Positions 33,569 to 44,198 of a DNA stretch of 60,925 nucleotides are shown here, piece by piece. Source of the DNA: a virus. Its lineage: Duplodnaviria > Caudoviricetes. A model generated the notes under the pieces. That model did not search any database. It was not told the DNA's origin and was given only the letters and a program-made list of their open reading frames with translations. Each line of letters starts with the position of its first letter. The stretch's first letter is position 1. The stretch covers positions 1 to 60,925 of the IMG/VR virus record IMGVR_UViG_3300030419_007265; one strand, 5' to 3'. A program made the position numbers and the translations under genes.

Positions 33569-35149
33569 TTAATAGGTTATGGAAATGTTTTGCGAGCTGA
33601 AGGCTTTCTTGAATCGATCTTCAAGAGGTTCCTCAGCAGAAGATGCCTCATTGTTATTCGCCATACTAGAATGGGGAACTTCAACGTTTTCCACTACATC
33701 TTCAACGGTTTCGCTAGTTTCTTCTGTCGCTGGTGCGGTAGCATTAGCGGTAGTTTCCTGCGCCAAACGCTGTTCAACAGCTTCCTGTATTCGTGCCTCG
33801 AACTGTTGTTCTTGCTCCGCCTTAAAAGCTTTACTTTTATGTTGTAACAAAGATGACAGTCGTGACTGATAATCCTCAAAAGCAGCATCAGAACTATCTA
33901 AAGCTTTAATTTCACTAACCAAAACCCCTCGGTCTTGATCAGTAAGATCATAAAGCTCGTCAATAGATTCCATTCTGCTATTGAATAACTCTTCTGCCGC
34001 AGCAGTGTTGATAGAGGTCTCCAGAGAATTAATCTTCTCGGTAGCTTCCTCTAATTTACTCTGAAGCTCTTCGATTGAAGCTTTGGCTTCCTCGGCGTCT
34101 TTTTGAGCCTGAACTTTTTCAGCCTCAATGCCCTCTCTTTCAGCCCTAAATTGCTCATCTTTCTCACGAATCTTGTCGATCACATGAGAAGCGACGTTAG
34201 CAACGGCCTCTTCAGAGAACTCTGCCTTGTCAGACAACTTCGAATCGAGGATCTTCTCGAACTCTGTTTTGAATTCTGTGATATCCATAGTCTTAGTAGT
34301 TTTTACAGTATTTAATTCACTTTGTGAAATTTTAAAAATATTTTTTTCCGCGTCTATATGAGTCTCCTCAGGGGAAGAGGCATCCCTTTTGTCATTGATA
34401 CTTAAATCAATATTTTTTTCAACAACAAGCCCACTTACATCTGCTGCCGGATTAGTAGTAAATCCAATCCCTAAAGGAAAAACTTCTCCTACTACCAAAC
34501 GGTAAATAGGAGTCCCATCATCTAAAGCCCCTGAACCCTCAAAAGTTTTCAGGTATTTTTTCATCTCTTCGATCTGATTGGGATTAGAGATTATTTCCGC
34601 GTCCTTTAAATTTTGTGAGCCTACGGCAATGACATAATCATTAAATCCTAATTCCCAGCTTGCAGAAATCTTTTTAAAGTAAGGATCATTTTCGTCGCTT
34701 GACCTTAGAAGAACATCCGCAAAATCTTTATTAACTGTTTTATATATAACAGAAGCCAAAGAAATGTAGTAAGGATCTTTGCTAGCTAACGCGGCTCCAT
34801 TCCCTATAATTTTTTCATTGTTTAAATCGGTAAAGCCGGCATTAACAATATGGCCTACAACTTTTTGTTTCTTATGTTCAATATTAGTAGGCTTATGTAT
34901 GAAATAATCAATTAAATCGACTGCCGTCTCAGAGTCGATACCGTCACCATTCCTATTGAACTTATTAACTATAGCAGCATTAAAAGCCACTCCAATTAAA
35001 TCTACATTTCTATCTAAATCTATAGCTTTAGGAATCAGAGGTTTAAGATTATCTAATGATGCTTGACTAATATTCAGATCATCATGCAGATCTGTTGTCG
35101 CATAGATATCAAAAAGATACTCGGTTTTATACTTAAAATTATCTGACAT
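33569..35149 (-). CDS. Prohead protease-scaffold fusion
   Basis: NRNGDG, NIEH...VGHI, SASWE and GIGFTTNPAA protease motifs, then a long acidic coiled coil. Confidence 0.8.
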   Translation of the reverse strand: MSDNFKYKTEYLFDIYATTDLHDDLNISQASLDNLKPLIPKAIDLDRNVDLIGVAFNAAIVNKFNRNGDGIDSETAVDLIDYFIHKPTNIEHKKQKVVGHIVNAGFTDLNNEKIIGNGAALASKDPYYISLASVIYKTVNKDFADVLLRSSDENDPYFKKISASWELGFNDYVIAVGSQNLKDAEIISNPNQIEEMKKYLKTFEGSGALDDGTPIYRLVVGEVFPLGIGFTTNPAADVSGLVVEKNIDLSINDKRDASSPEETHIDAEKNIFKISQSELNTVKTTKTMDITEFKTEFEKILDSKLSDKAEFSEEAVANVASHVIDKIREKDEQFRAEREGIEAEKVQAQKDAEEAKASIEELQSKLEEATEKINSLETSINTAAAEELFNSRMESIDELYDLTDQDRGVLVSEIKALDSSDAAFEDYQSRLSSLLQHKSKAFKAEQEQQFEARIQEAVEQRLAQETTANATAPATEETSETVEDVVENVEVPHSSMANNNEASSAEEPLEDRFKKAFSSQNISITY

Positions 35150-35171
35150 TACATAAAAATGTTACACATTT

Positions 35172-37220
35172 TTATTTCTCTAGAGAATTTTTTCTGCTAT
35201 GGTGCAAGATAGCAGCGGCATAATCATCTAACTCATGCTCGGCGCTTATGTCTACTATTTCTTTAAGAGGTTGCAAATCACTAAGCTTAGCAGAGTTTTC
35301 TATACATGATTTTGCGGTAGGTAGCCAATCTTTCGGGTCTTTAGCTATAACTACAGATTCACATACTTTTTCGAGAATAGATTTTTGATTCTTATTTAGC
35401 CTTTTCTTTTTAAATACTTTTTTAGCTTCACTCAATAAAGCGTTGTAAAGGTCATTTGTACTATCTACTGTTTGTTTGATAGCGTGCACTGAATATCTTG
35501 TTTCAGCTAACGTTTTAGAGCCTACAGGCCTTCCCGGTCTTCCGGGGCTCTTACCGCGGTTATTTTTTCGCTCTTCGTAGCGACGTCGTTGCTCAAGTAA
35601 TTTTGCTCCCTCTGGATGCCGGATCTCTTCAATTTCTTCCTCTTGATCAAAATCCATCGGCATGGGATTTCCCCCCACTAATGGATTATAAAATCCTTTT
35701 TGCCTATCGTCTACAAACTTTTCTTGAGCTTTTTCTAAAGTTTGAGAGTCGGGGAAAACCCCTGTGTCAATTACCTGCATCCCTTGCTCCGGAGGCAGAA
35801 TCCCTAATTCCATCATACGAGTAATGACCCGCTGCATTTGAGCCTGATCTTTTAAATCAATGGTTTCAAATTTAGCTGTAGGAATATCTCTGAAACCAAA
35901 GTTTTTACATAATTGCCTGATTTCATCTTGCAAAAATTCATTTAAAAAAGTATCGCGAGCTTCTTTTAAGCGCTGAAGAAACATCTGAGCTTTTACTTCT
36001 GTACTGGCAAACTTTTCTTGACTTAAAATAATATTCTGAAGGCCCTCTTTAATATCTTGGTTTACTACATCATACTTTGCGGGACCGATCACCTTATTGA
36101 TGTCAGGTATAACAAATTCTGCTTTTGTTGTATAATCACTTACTAAAATTCTGCCAACGCTTTGATTTTGAAACAATGCTTGCATGGCCCTGATATTACG
36201 GGGATTTATCCCTCCATTATCAGGAGTTGTTCCCATTGTAATAAGGAGGACTACATTCTCAATGGTGCGACAAATAGATTGGTCAATCTTCTTCATCTCC
36301 ATTTTGAAGTTGACATCATCTAAAACCGGAAAAGCAAAAGGAATTGCAAAAGGTTCGTAGTCCTGTTTTTTATAAAAAGAATACCGTAATTTTTCCGGAT
36401 CTAATCGGACTTTAATTCCGTCAACCGCCCAGCTATCACTTTTAATACGTTTTTTAATATTTTCTGGCAGAGCATCGTAAAGCTCTCGGTCTTCCTCAGT
36501 TTTTGGGTCTCGTAATCTTTCTACTTCGTATTCGCTTAATACTTTCGCGTATAAGCCGAACTTGTCAAAAGACGTAGCTCTTTGAGCAACAACATCATAA
36601 GGATTTAATAAAATATAACGAACAGGAATTTTATTGCTCATCATATTTATCCCAAGATTTCTTACTTTTGAAAAATCATCCGCCTTAATCTTGCTTTGTA
36701 AAGTATATAAAAATATATTACCGCTTCGATAGAATTCTCTAAAAAACTGATCCTTTAAGTTCCATATTTTAATTTTCTTAAACCAAGCATTTATAAAATC
36801 CCTAGACTTAGCGCTTCCTCCCTCTAAATAAAGTTTAGAGTTCGCAAAATCAGCCATCGTATCCACCGCATTCCTAACGACAGCAATATTCGCATAAGCT
36901 TTTTGGCACAACTCTATAGCGTCACGAACATTAACTCCATCAATAGAATACTGATAGGGCAACATCCCAGCTCTAATATTAGAGTATCTGTAAAGCATCG
37001 GAGCGACGGCAATATTATTACGCCTTAGCTCGGTGTTAGCTCCCCCTACTGGGGAACGAGAATAAGCTTGTGATTCATAATTATAAAAAGAATCTCCGAT
37101 TAATTGCGGCTCATACTCGCCTTTCGATGACGCCTGCATAATATTTTCTATGGGCTGATTCTTCTTTTGAATTTTTTCCCAATAATCAGACCGTTTCGTA
37201 TATTTTCTTTTTGCTGCCAT
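35172..37220 (-). CDS. Portal protein
   Basis: 682 aa after terL; VRNAVDTMADFA, FFREFYRSGNIF; C-terminal GRPVGS tail. Confidence 0.8.
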   Translation of the reverse strand: MAAKRKYTKRSDYWEKIQKKNQPIENIMQASSKGEYEPQLIGDSFYNYESQAYSRSPVGGANTELRRNNIAVAPMLYRYSNIRAGMLPYQYSIDGVNVRDAIELCQKAYANIAVVRNAVDTMADFANSKLYLEGGSAKSRDFINAWFKKIKIWNLKDQFFREFYRSGNIFLYTLQSKIKADDFSKVRNLGINMMSNKIPVRYILLNPYDVVAQRATSFDKFGLYAKVLSEYEVERLRDPKTEEDRELYDALPENIKKRIKSDSWAVDGIKVRLDPEKLRYSFYKKQDYEPFAIPFAFPVLDDVNFKMEMKKIDQSICRTIENVVLLITMGTTPDNGGINPRNIRAMQALFQNQSVGRILVSDYTTKAEFVIPDINKVIGPAKYDVVNQDIKEGLQNIILSQEKFASTEVKAQMFLQRLKEARDTFLNEFLQDEIRQLCKNFGFRDIPTAKFETIDLKDQAQMQRVITRMMELGILPPEQGMQVIDTGVFPDSQTLEKAQEKFVDDRQKGFYNPLVGGNPMPMDFDQEEEIEEIRHPEGAKLLEQRRRYEERKNNRGKSPGRPGRPVGSKTLAETRYSVHAIKQTVDSTNDLYNALLSEAKKVFKKKRLNKNQKSILEKVCESVVIAKDPKDWLPTAKSCIENSAKLSDLQPLKEIVDISAEHELDDYAAAILHHSRKNSLEK

Positions 37221-37269
37221 GTTAAAATAGTTTACACCTAAAGTTATTAAAGTGACTTTTAAAGTTACT

Positions 37270-39135
37270 TTACATTATAAAAAGCGGTTCGAAAGTTTCT
37301 ACAACATCTTCTGCGGTTTGTGATTGTGAATCTAAATACACTTTTGCCATCCAATTTGCCAAAACTAATGCTGAATAAGAATCCTTTCGTGCCTTGTCCG
37401 GTCCTGTTTGCCGTCTAAGATTAGGCGGCAAATCAAATGTTTGCGTACCTTGAGCTGTAGTGGTTATTTGCACTAAAGCGCATTCATTTTTGGTTAATTC
37501 GATCATATCTGACTGATGCTCAATAAAATCAATCATTTTGGCCGCAGCCGTTTGCTTTGACTCCTCTGTGGTACGGAGAAACTTAAGGCTATCTATAGGA
37601 ATGCTTTGGCGCTTCTGTTTTGTGTAAAAATCATCAATTGCTCTACTGGCAAAATATATTCGGCGATGATCAAAATTCGCTTGAAGCAACTCGTTGGCCT
37701 GCCTGATCCAATTGCTAGTTGGTTTCCTTAATATAACATGATGATAGTTTTCTCTGTTATATTGTCTTTTGTAAGATTTTAAATCTTTTTGATATTCCTC
37801 AGGTTTATCGAGGCCTACCTCAATGGTTTGTAATTTAATTTTTTTCTGTTTAAAAATTTCGCTTTCATTACAGGCTTGCATAAATTGCACTCCTCCATTG
37901 TAGTCTCCGCATATAGCTACTATGTTAAAATTCTCTAAACAAAAAAGAAAATAATTAATATGATGTTTAAGGGAAGTTCCCGATAATGCATAACTATGAA
38001 CTAATGTTACAGTATGGTTTTCTGGGTTTAATTTAAGTATTTGAATAGCAAAATCATCAGAACTTTCAGTTTGCGACCATGAAGGGTCAAAAGCTAAAAT
38101 GTATTCGGCATCCGGATCTCCTTTCACCTCAACGCAAGGAAGGTCTCCATCGGGGATAGTGCATAAAGCCATCTTGCTAGTCTTAAAATAACCAGAACTA
38201 TCATCAGTAAAAATAGCCCCAAACTCTCTTTCAAATTGAGATTGACTCATTGTTGCTTTAGCTTGATTAATTAAATTTTCATCATAAAGCTGTTTAGGCG
38301 CACAATCATAACTATACTGCATGATACATCTAGAAGCGTTGTCTTTTTCAGCGTCTAAAGTAATTAAATGCTCGAATTGGGTATACAATTTATACAAGTA
38401 TTCAAATTTATAAGAAGCTGAAGAAAGGGCTATTAGTTTATTATTAGGCCATACATAACGCTCTTCTTCGCTCATTTTATTTTCTTCAATAAGCCGTGTC
38501 TCCAATTTAAATAAATCGTCCCGTTGAGTAGGGTTTTCTACTACCGACAAAAATGGCACTATAACTTCGTTATAAATTCTCTCCGGCATTAACAAGAACT
38601 CATCAATAATAATTCTATGAAAACGAAAACCACGCAGCTTCTCTCCATCACCTAAAGGCAAAGCCCTAATTCTACTTGCGCCAATCTCCATTAACCATTC
38701 ATCATTGCTTTTTGAAGTTTTTGTAATGCATTGTCGAAAAAATGCTGCATCAGGTTTATTAGCTATATCTTCAATTTTCTTAAAGATCATTTTTGCTTGT
38801 CTAAAAGATTTAGATAATATTCCAATCTCGACCCCTTGGTTAAGCACCGCATCTAGAGCAGCAAACACACCTGTTGTGAATGACTTGGACATACCACGAG
38901 ACCATACTCCTAAAAAATAATCAGTTTCAAACATCGACTTAATTGCCATATGCTGAAAAGGAAATAACTTCACTCCTAAAATTAGATCAGTAGTAAAAGT
39001 TATATTGTTCCTAAGAAACTCATACAAAGCTAATTTGGCTTCTTTCTCTTCAAGAAAACCGTCAAGCTTTAAAAGCTCTTCGTTATTTCTTAAATAAGGG
39101 GCGCGCCTATGTTGTCTGCCTTTATTCCAGCTCAT
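37270..39135 (-). CDS. terL: Terminase large subunit
   Basis: LFPFQ, SRGMSKS (Walker A), LRGFRF, IIIDEF (Walker B), LAFDP and KDSYSAL nuclease residues. Confidence 0.93.
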   Translation of the reverse strand: MSWNKGRQHRRAPYLRNNEELLKLDGFLEEKEAKLALYEFLRNNITFTTDLILGVKLFPFQHMAIKSMFETDYFLGVWSRGMSKSFTTGVFAALDAVLNQGVEIGILSKSFRQAKMIFKKIEDIANKPDAAFFRQCITKTSKSNDEWLMEIGASRIRALPLGDGEKLRGFRFHRIIIDEFLLMPERIYNEVIVPFLSVVENPTQRDDLFKLETRLIEENKMSEEERYVWPNNKLIALSSASYKFEYLYKLYTQFEHLITLDAEKDNASRCIMQYSYDCAPKQLYDENLINQAKATMSQSQFEREFGAIFTDDSSGYFKTSKMALCTIPDGDLPCVEVKGDPDAEYILAFDPSWSQTESSDDFAIQILKLNPENHTVTLVHSYALSGTSLKHHINYFLFCLENFNIVAICGDYNGGVQFMQACNESEIFKQKKIKLQTIEVGLDKPEEYQKDLKSYKRQYNRENYHHVILRKPTSNWIRQANELLQANFDHRRIYFASRAIDDFYTKQKRQSIPIDSLKFLRTTEESKQTAAAKMIDFIEHQSDMIELTKNECALVQITTTAQGTQTFDLPPNLRRQTGPDKARKDSYSALVLANWMAKVYLDSQSQTAEDVVETFEPLFIM

Positions 39136-40069
39136 TTCGTTCTAAAAAATATTGAATGTCTGTTTGCCAAATTTCCTTACCATAGATTAATAATCTAGGT
39201 ATTATGGCAGATGCTTTTTCCCTAGTTTCTACAAATATAAATTGACAGCATCGAGCATACTCATGAGAAATTTCTTTGATTTGTTTTAATACAAAATCAA
39301 TATTAGTGCGCCGATTGAATATTTTATTTTCTTTAATTATTTTTTGTATACTCGACTCCACAACAACAAAAAGATAAGAATCCATTTCTTTAGCTCGTTC
39401 AATCTCTCGTTTAAATCTATCTACATTATGCTTATTTAAGGTTCCCTGCAGGTCACTTCCAGATTTACGGTCTACAAAAGTATAACTATAATGATCGCCT
39501 AAAGTAGTATAGTCTCCTATATCTAATTTCAGGATTTCTGTATCGCAATCAAACTTTAATGGTTTTTGCTCCCTTGTGTCTATGGCAATACATAAATCTT
39601 CAGGAATTTTCTTCGTAAAAAAATCTTTAGATAAATTTTTGTTATACAAAGGTTCGCAACCAATTTCTGCACACGCTGCATTATAGCTGCCAAAAAGTTT
39701 TCTATAAATTTCAATAGAAGGAATGAAAGAGTTCGCTGTCTCTAAATGGAAAGGGCCATATTTTCTTTTTTTCTTAGAGTGCCGCTTTTGAAGTAAAGAA
39801 GTGATATATTCTTTTACCTCTTCTTGCGGGTTTTCTTTGCACCATTTGATTAACTGTTGCTTTGTCGAAAAGTCTCTTTCAAAATATTCGTCATATCTTT
39901 TAAACGGGAGCGGATCGCCAGTTAACTTATTTGTGCGTGGAAAGTATTTTGTATAATAGCCTGCTAAATTTAAACCATGTTGTTTAATGTGCTTATGTAA
40001 AGAAGCCCTGCTTGTAAATTCTTTTTTACACTCCGCGCATGAAAAAACCTTGGAGTTTGTGACCTCCAC
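39122..40069 (-). CDS. C2H2 zinc finger + ERCC4/XPF-type nuclease
   Basis: CAEC...HKHIKQH; IDTREQKP...IGDY...VDRKSGSDL...VVVES. Confidence 0.8.
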   Translation of the reverse strand: MEVTNSKVFSCAECKKEFTSRASLHKHIKQHGLNLAGYYTKYFPRTNKLTGDPLPFKRYDEYFERDFSTKQQLIKWCKENPQEEVKEYITSLLQKRHSKKKRKYGPFHLETANSFIPSIEIYRKLFGSYNAACAEIGCEPLYNKNLSKDFFTKKIPEDLCIAIDTREQKPLKFDCDTEILKLDIGDYTTLGDHYSYTFVDRKSGSDLQGTLNKHNVDRFKREIERAKEMDSYLFVVVESSIQKIIKENKIFNRRTNIDFVLKQIKEISHEYARCCQFIFVETREKASAIIPRLLIYGKEIWQTDIQYFLERNELE

Positions 40070-41139
40070 TAGATGGCGTCCTCCTTACTAATGCCTAATA
40101 CACGGGCTTTCCAGTCAGGCATTTTTTCTATTTCATCCGCCTCCTGTTGAACTGCTTGCTTTTGCATATCGGCCATTTTTATCATTAGTTTTCGCTCTTC
40201 TTCATCTTGAAATAGTTGAACTAAAGAAATAACAGAGGCGTTTCTTTGCTGTTGATTAGCTATGCGTTTCGCCCGCTCTCCATTGAGCTTTGCTAGCATT
40301 TTATCAATTCTATTTATACATTGATTATACTCCTCAGCTTTGGTTTTAAGCATTTCTGTTAACCTCATAGTTAAATCATTTTGCCCCTCCGTGTCATCAA
40401 ACATCAAATTTAGTTTTTGTTTTTGCTGTTCTATTTCTTTAAGATTAACATAGTCCATGCATACATTCACATATAAATTTAATTCATCTGAAGTCAGGTC
40501 AGGTTTATCCCATGTGCTTCGAATATATTCAGATTCAAAAAGATCCCTGCTTTGCCGGGTTAGGTAAGAACTAATAACTTGCACAAACCGTGGGGCGTTT
40601 AAATAAGTAATAAGCTTTTCAATACATTTTTTATCTTGTAAATTTATTTTTTTTAGGTCAAACTCTTTTGAAGTAACTTTGTTCAACCTTTTCATTGCAG
40701 TAGATAAAATGTGAGGAGGAGTATATTTTTCTCCAACCGCATCATCACGCAAATTCACAGTTGAAGGAAATTCTTTAGTAATATAATCGCAGAGAGAAAT
40801 AAACTTGTCGCTTTCCGTAAAGCCTTTACTTTCGGAATCTTTAGGCCACAGTAGTTGACCTATTTCCTTTTTGGTCATTTCGCCGCAATAATGCTGCTTT
40901 ACAAAAGACTTCTCTTCGTCTTGTAAAAAATATTTAGTAGCTCTTTTTTTAACCTTTGTTCGATAACTCAATCCTTTCTCTACCCAAAATTTTCTTAGCG
41001 CACGCCCTCTTACCGTACTGCCTTTTTCATTGGTGTCTTTAAATAATTGCTTTGTAGCTTCATTAAGATCACCGTCCAGCTCATCAAATAGCTTTAAGCT
41101 AGCCCCTTTTTCTTCTGCGGTTAGTACGTACTCTTTCAT
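40069..41139 (-). CDS. Coiled-coil protein, candidate terminase small subunit
   Basis: Helical with HTH-like N-terminal half, two genes upstream of terL; function inferred from position only. Confidence 0.4.
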   Translation of the reverse strand: MKEYVLTAEEKGASLKLFDELDGDLNEATKQLFKDTNEKGSTVRGRALRKFWVEKGLSYRTKVKKRATKYFLQDEEKSFVKQHYCGEMTKKEIGQLLWPKDSESKGFTESDKFISLCDYITKEFPSTVNLRDDAVGEKYTPPHILSTAMKRLNKVTSKEFDLKKINLQDKKCIEKLITYLNAPRFVQVISSYLTRQSRDLFESEYIRSTWDKPDLTSDELNLYVNVCMDYVNLKEIEQQKQKLNLMFDDTEGQNDLTMRLTEMLKTKAEEYNQCINRIDKMLAKLNGERAKRIANQQQRNASVISLVQLFQDEEERKLMIKMADMQKQAVQQEADEIEKMPDWKARVLGISKEDAI

Positions 41140-41858
41140 TCGAAAAATATATCAGTTTCATCACAAATCTTTTTAGCAATTTTTTTGTAGAAATTCTTTA
41201 AATTTTTTATCTGCTTATAGCCGGCTTTTCGCCCTTTTTCATTACTTTTGTAACCTAACACTCTAGCGACCGTTTCTTCATCGATGTGATCTATAAATAG
41301 CATTTTATATATAATATAATGCCTATCGTTTAAATATTGACGCATTGATAGATGCATCGAAACTACAGCCTCTCCAATATTATAATGATCTTCTGGGACG
41401 GTAAATCTATCAAATTCATTTGTTTCCAGAGAAACCGGTATTTTTATGTCATATGCTTGTTTACGTGTTTTTTCCCATTTAGCGTAGTCGGGACACTCGT
41501 TAGACTGAAGTCCTGTCTTAGTAAAAGAACACAAATTAGAAACTTGGCCGCTCCCTTGTTCTTTCGATTGATTGTGCTTGCAACTTATGCAGGGCCTTGC
41601 AAAATTAGAATAATTATTGCGTAGAATATTCTTAAGTTGATTGGAGATAATTTTATTGACCCACGGTTCAATAGGTCGAACTTGATCCCATTGCTCCCAT
41701 TTTTTATAAATATGAGCCCTAATAATCTGGGATACATCATCAAAGTCAAGCCATGCGATTGCATGAAGGTGCCACTTATAATAGCGCTTCCTTATTTCAT
41801 TATCGATAGTTTCTGACTTGTCCTCGTAGGTATGTTTGTTATTCTCCTCCACCACCAA
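41136..41858 (-). CDS. Phage RNA polymerase sigma factor (sigma70/ECF-like) with Cys-rich insert
   Basis: Region-2-like DFDDVSQIIRAHIYKK...PWVNKIISNQLKNILR; region-4-like IYKMLFIDHIDEETVARVLG; CISC...C...C between them. Confidence 0.75.
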   Translation of the reverse strand: MVVEENNKHTYEDKSETIDNEIRKRYYKWHLHAIAWLDFDDVSQIIRAHIYKKWEQWDQVRPIEPWVNKIISNQLKNILRNNYSNFARPCISCKHNQSKEQGSGQVSNLCSFTKTGLQSNECPDYAKWEKTRKQAYDIKIPVSLETNEFDRFTVPEDHYNIGEAVVSMHLSMRQYLNDRHYIIYKMLFIDHIDEETVARVLGYKSNEKGRKAGYKQIKNLKNFYKKIAKKICDETDIFFE

Positions 41859-42246
41859 TGTCTTTTGAGTCCCCCCTAGAACTGCGACATTCAGCTTGAG
41901 AAACTTTCAAGAAATCCTCTCGACTTAACTTTGAATGGCCTTTTAATTTTTTAGTGCCATAAGCTACTTCTTCAGGATTGAGCGGATTGTTAACTAGCGT
42001 TTCAAAGGTGACTTTGTTATTGCCAGCTTGAGATATGTTTTCTATATCGTATTCAAACTTAGAAATATCCGGTATTCGTTCGGTTTCGTTTTGAGCTGGT
42101 TGAGCAGCGGAATAGCTACTACGCTGAGCTGATGCATTAGCCATGCCAAATGCAGCGAAGGTTTCTCCGCACCCTTGACAGAAGTTGGGCTTCTTCAAGG
42201 TATAAACATTTTTTGCTCCGCACTGAGGACAAAATATACTAGCCAT
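41839..42246 (-). CDS. Zinc-ribbon protein
   Basis: FCPQCG...NFCQGCG. Confidence 0.7.
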   Translation of the reverse strand: MASIFCPQCGAKNVYTLKKPNFCQGCGETFAAFGMANASAQRSSYSAAQPAQNETERIPDISKFEYDIENISQAGNNKVTFETLVNNPLNPEEVAYGTKKLKGHSKLSREDFLKVSQAECRSSRGDSKDIGGGGE

Positions 42247-42256
42247 TTTTTATATT

Positions 42257-42979
42257 TTACTTTAAAGGGTTATTTTCTAGTTTATTCACAATAAATTTTA
42301 AAATTTCACTCCGCATGATATCTTCGTGTGTGAACTTAAAGGTATACACTCCTTTTTCCCTAGATTCCTCATCATTAAACAAATTTACTATAGGAGCAAA
42401 GCCGGTTTTACCATTTATGTCTGATTGCATGGGATCTCCACAAATAAAATATTTAGAATTATTTCCTATTCGTGTGATCAGCGTGACAAGTTCTTTATGT
42501 GTAAAATTTTGAGATTCATCAGCAATAATTAACTTATTATCCCAACTTGCTCCCCTTAGATAATTAATCGGAGCACATTGTATGATTTTTTCTTCCATTA
42601 GCATTTTTATTTGATCTGCAGATAAAAGCTCTGTCAATTTATCTTGCAAGGGCATCATAAAGGGATGAAACTTCTCGTCTAGATCTCCCGGAAGGCTCCC
42701 TAAGTTTCTATCCCCACTTTCCGCTATAGTTCGGACATAGAATAAATCCTGATTCATGTTCATGTTAAATAGCTGTAAGGCAGCATAAATAGAAATAAAT
42801 GTTTTAGAGGATCCTGCTGGACCCGAAACAAAAACAATTTTAGTGTTTTTGTCAAAAGCTATTTTTAAAAACTCTTTTTGTTTTTCAGTTAATTCAAAGT
42901 TTTTTAAATAAAGTTTATACTTATTCTCAAAAGATATTATTTTCTCCGACGCCGAGGACTTTTTCCGTCTACTCATCAT
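42257..42979 (-). CDS. phoH: PhoH-like ATPase
   Basis: GPAGSSKT, LGSLPGDL.EK, YLRGASW, DESQN, ITRIG, GDPMQSD, DIMRS. Confidence 0.93.
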   Translation of the reverse strand: MMSRRKKSSASEKIISFENKYKLYLKNFELTEKQKEFLKIAFDKNTKIVFVSGPAGSSKTFISIYAALQLFNMNMNQDLFYVRTIAESGDRNLGSLPGDLDEKFHPFMMPLQDKLTELLSADQIKMLMEEKIIQCAPINYLRGASWDNKLIIADESQNFTHKELVTLITRIGNNSKYFICGDPMQSDINGKTGFAPIVNLFNDEESREKGVYTFKFTHEDIMRSEILKFIVNKLENNPLK

Positions 42980-43072
42980 TAAATATTACACTAGAGTTGC
43001 CCCTTTTTTCCTCTAAAAAAATTTAATGATTGTCCTTTTTTTAAAAAAGCGTGTAAAGTATTTTAATAACTT

Positions 43073-43396
43073 ATGGCAGATAATAAAAAAATTAGCTTCA
43101 CAGATTTGGATACATTTTTGAAGATAGCTCCGATGATTGGTTTAGCGGTACTAGCGTATTTACAAACACTTTTTCCCAGTAAAGTAGAATTCGACAAGCT
43201 GGAACAGCATTTAATTCAAATGGATAAAAAAATTACTGAGATGACTGTTCTTCAAAAAGCTATCACATCCAACACTTCTGATATCAAACAAATGGACAAT
43301 AGAGTTAGAATTTTAGAATTAGACATGGCTAAACATAAAGCTGAAAATTCACGACGTCATGCTAACAAAAAAGAAAGTCTGCCTGAAAATATCTAG
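43073..43396 (+). CDS. Small membrane-anchored coiled-coil protein
   Basis: One hydrophobic segment then a coiled coil; GTGTA upstream. Confidence 0.6.
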   Translation: MADNKKISFTDLDTFLKIAPMIGLAVLAYLQTLFPSKVEFDKLEQHLIQMDKKITEMTVLQKAITSNTSDIKQMDNRVRILELDMAKHKAENSRRHANKKESLPENI

Positions 43397-43434
43397 ACAA
43401 AAAGATCACTGCACATACTATAAGATAAACCAAA

Positions 43435-43890
43435 ATGGCGCATTTATCAGGAAATTTTACTTACACTTTTACACGGCTAGAGCCGATGTATAATAATGCC
43501 TTAAAAACGGGATGCCAATCCATGGTAGTAGGGATGACATGTCAGTTTAGCGGTGTTGATGATTACGGACTAGAAGCCGAAGAAGCTGCCTATATAGACG
43601 GCACAACTGGGTTTACTAACTGGACTGATCCAATTCCTGATTATCCAATATCTGGCGTCACTGGTGCTTCCGGATATGCTGTTAACTATACTCCTGATTA
43701 TGTTTCTGGAAACATTAGCGGTCTAGCCAATGAATTCGCCTCAGGCTCTAGTTGGATCTCACTTTTAAGCGGGCAAATTGATGCTAAGTTACATACTCCT
43801 GTAAGATGGGACTCATTTCCTTTCCCTTATCTTTCTGGTTCAGGCGACGCTCAAGAAACTGTACCGGGGGTTAACCCTGCAGACGCATAA
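43435..43890 (+). CDS. Hypothetical protein
   Basis: 151-aa ORF, S/G/T-rich. Confidence 0.55.
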   Translation: MAHLSGNFTYTFTRLEPMYNNALKTGCQSMVVGMTCQFSGVDDYGLEAEEAAYIDGTTGFTNWTDPIPDYPISGVTGASGYAVNYTPDYVSGNISGLANEFASGSSWISLLSGQIDAKLHTPVRWDSFPFPYLSGSGDAQETVPGVNPADA

Positions 43891-44198
43891 TTAGATATAT
43901 CTTCAATTATTTGAGTTTGATTCTCTAAGCGAATATACTTAGCGACAATAGTTACTTGGTTTCCTCGTTTCTTTGTGTCAAGCCTTAAACCTTTCTCTTC
44001 AAAAGGATATGTAATATCTGAAATAAAATCAAACATTCCGCGCGGAGAAAGAAACTTCCAGTACAAGTCTCTAGTATTTCTCTCGCACTCTAGTAAAATA
44101 TCCATTTCACAATCTACCTTAGCGCAAGATAAGACATACCTAAAACATAAAGATTCTGTTGGAGGTTCCGAGAGAGGGGCGTGAACAATCAAGTTCAT
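43851..44198 (-). CDS. Hypothetical protein
   Basis: GTGTA motif 9 nt upstream of the ATG. Confidence 0.55.
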   Translation of the reverse strand: MNLIVHAPLSEPPTESLCFRYVLSCAKVDCEMDILLECERNTRDLYWKFLSPRGMFDFISDITYPFEEKGLRLDTKKRGNQVTIVAKYIRLENQTQIIEDISNYASAGLTPGTVS

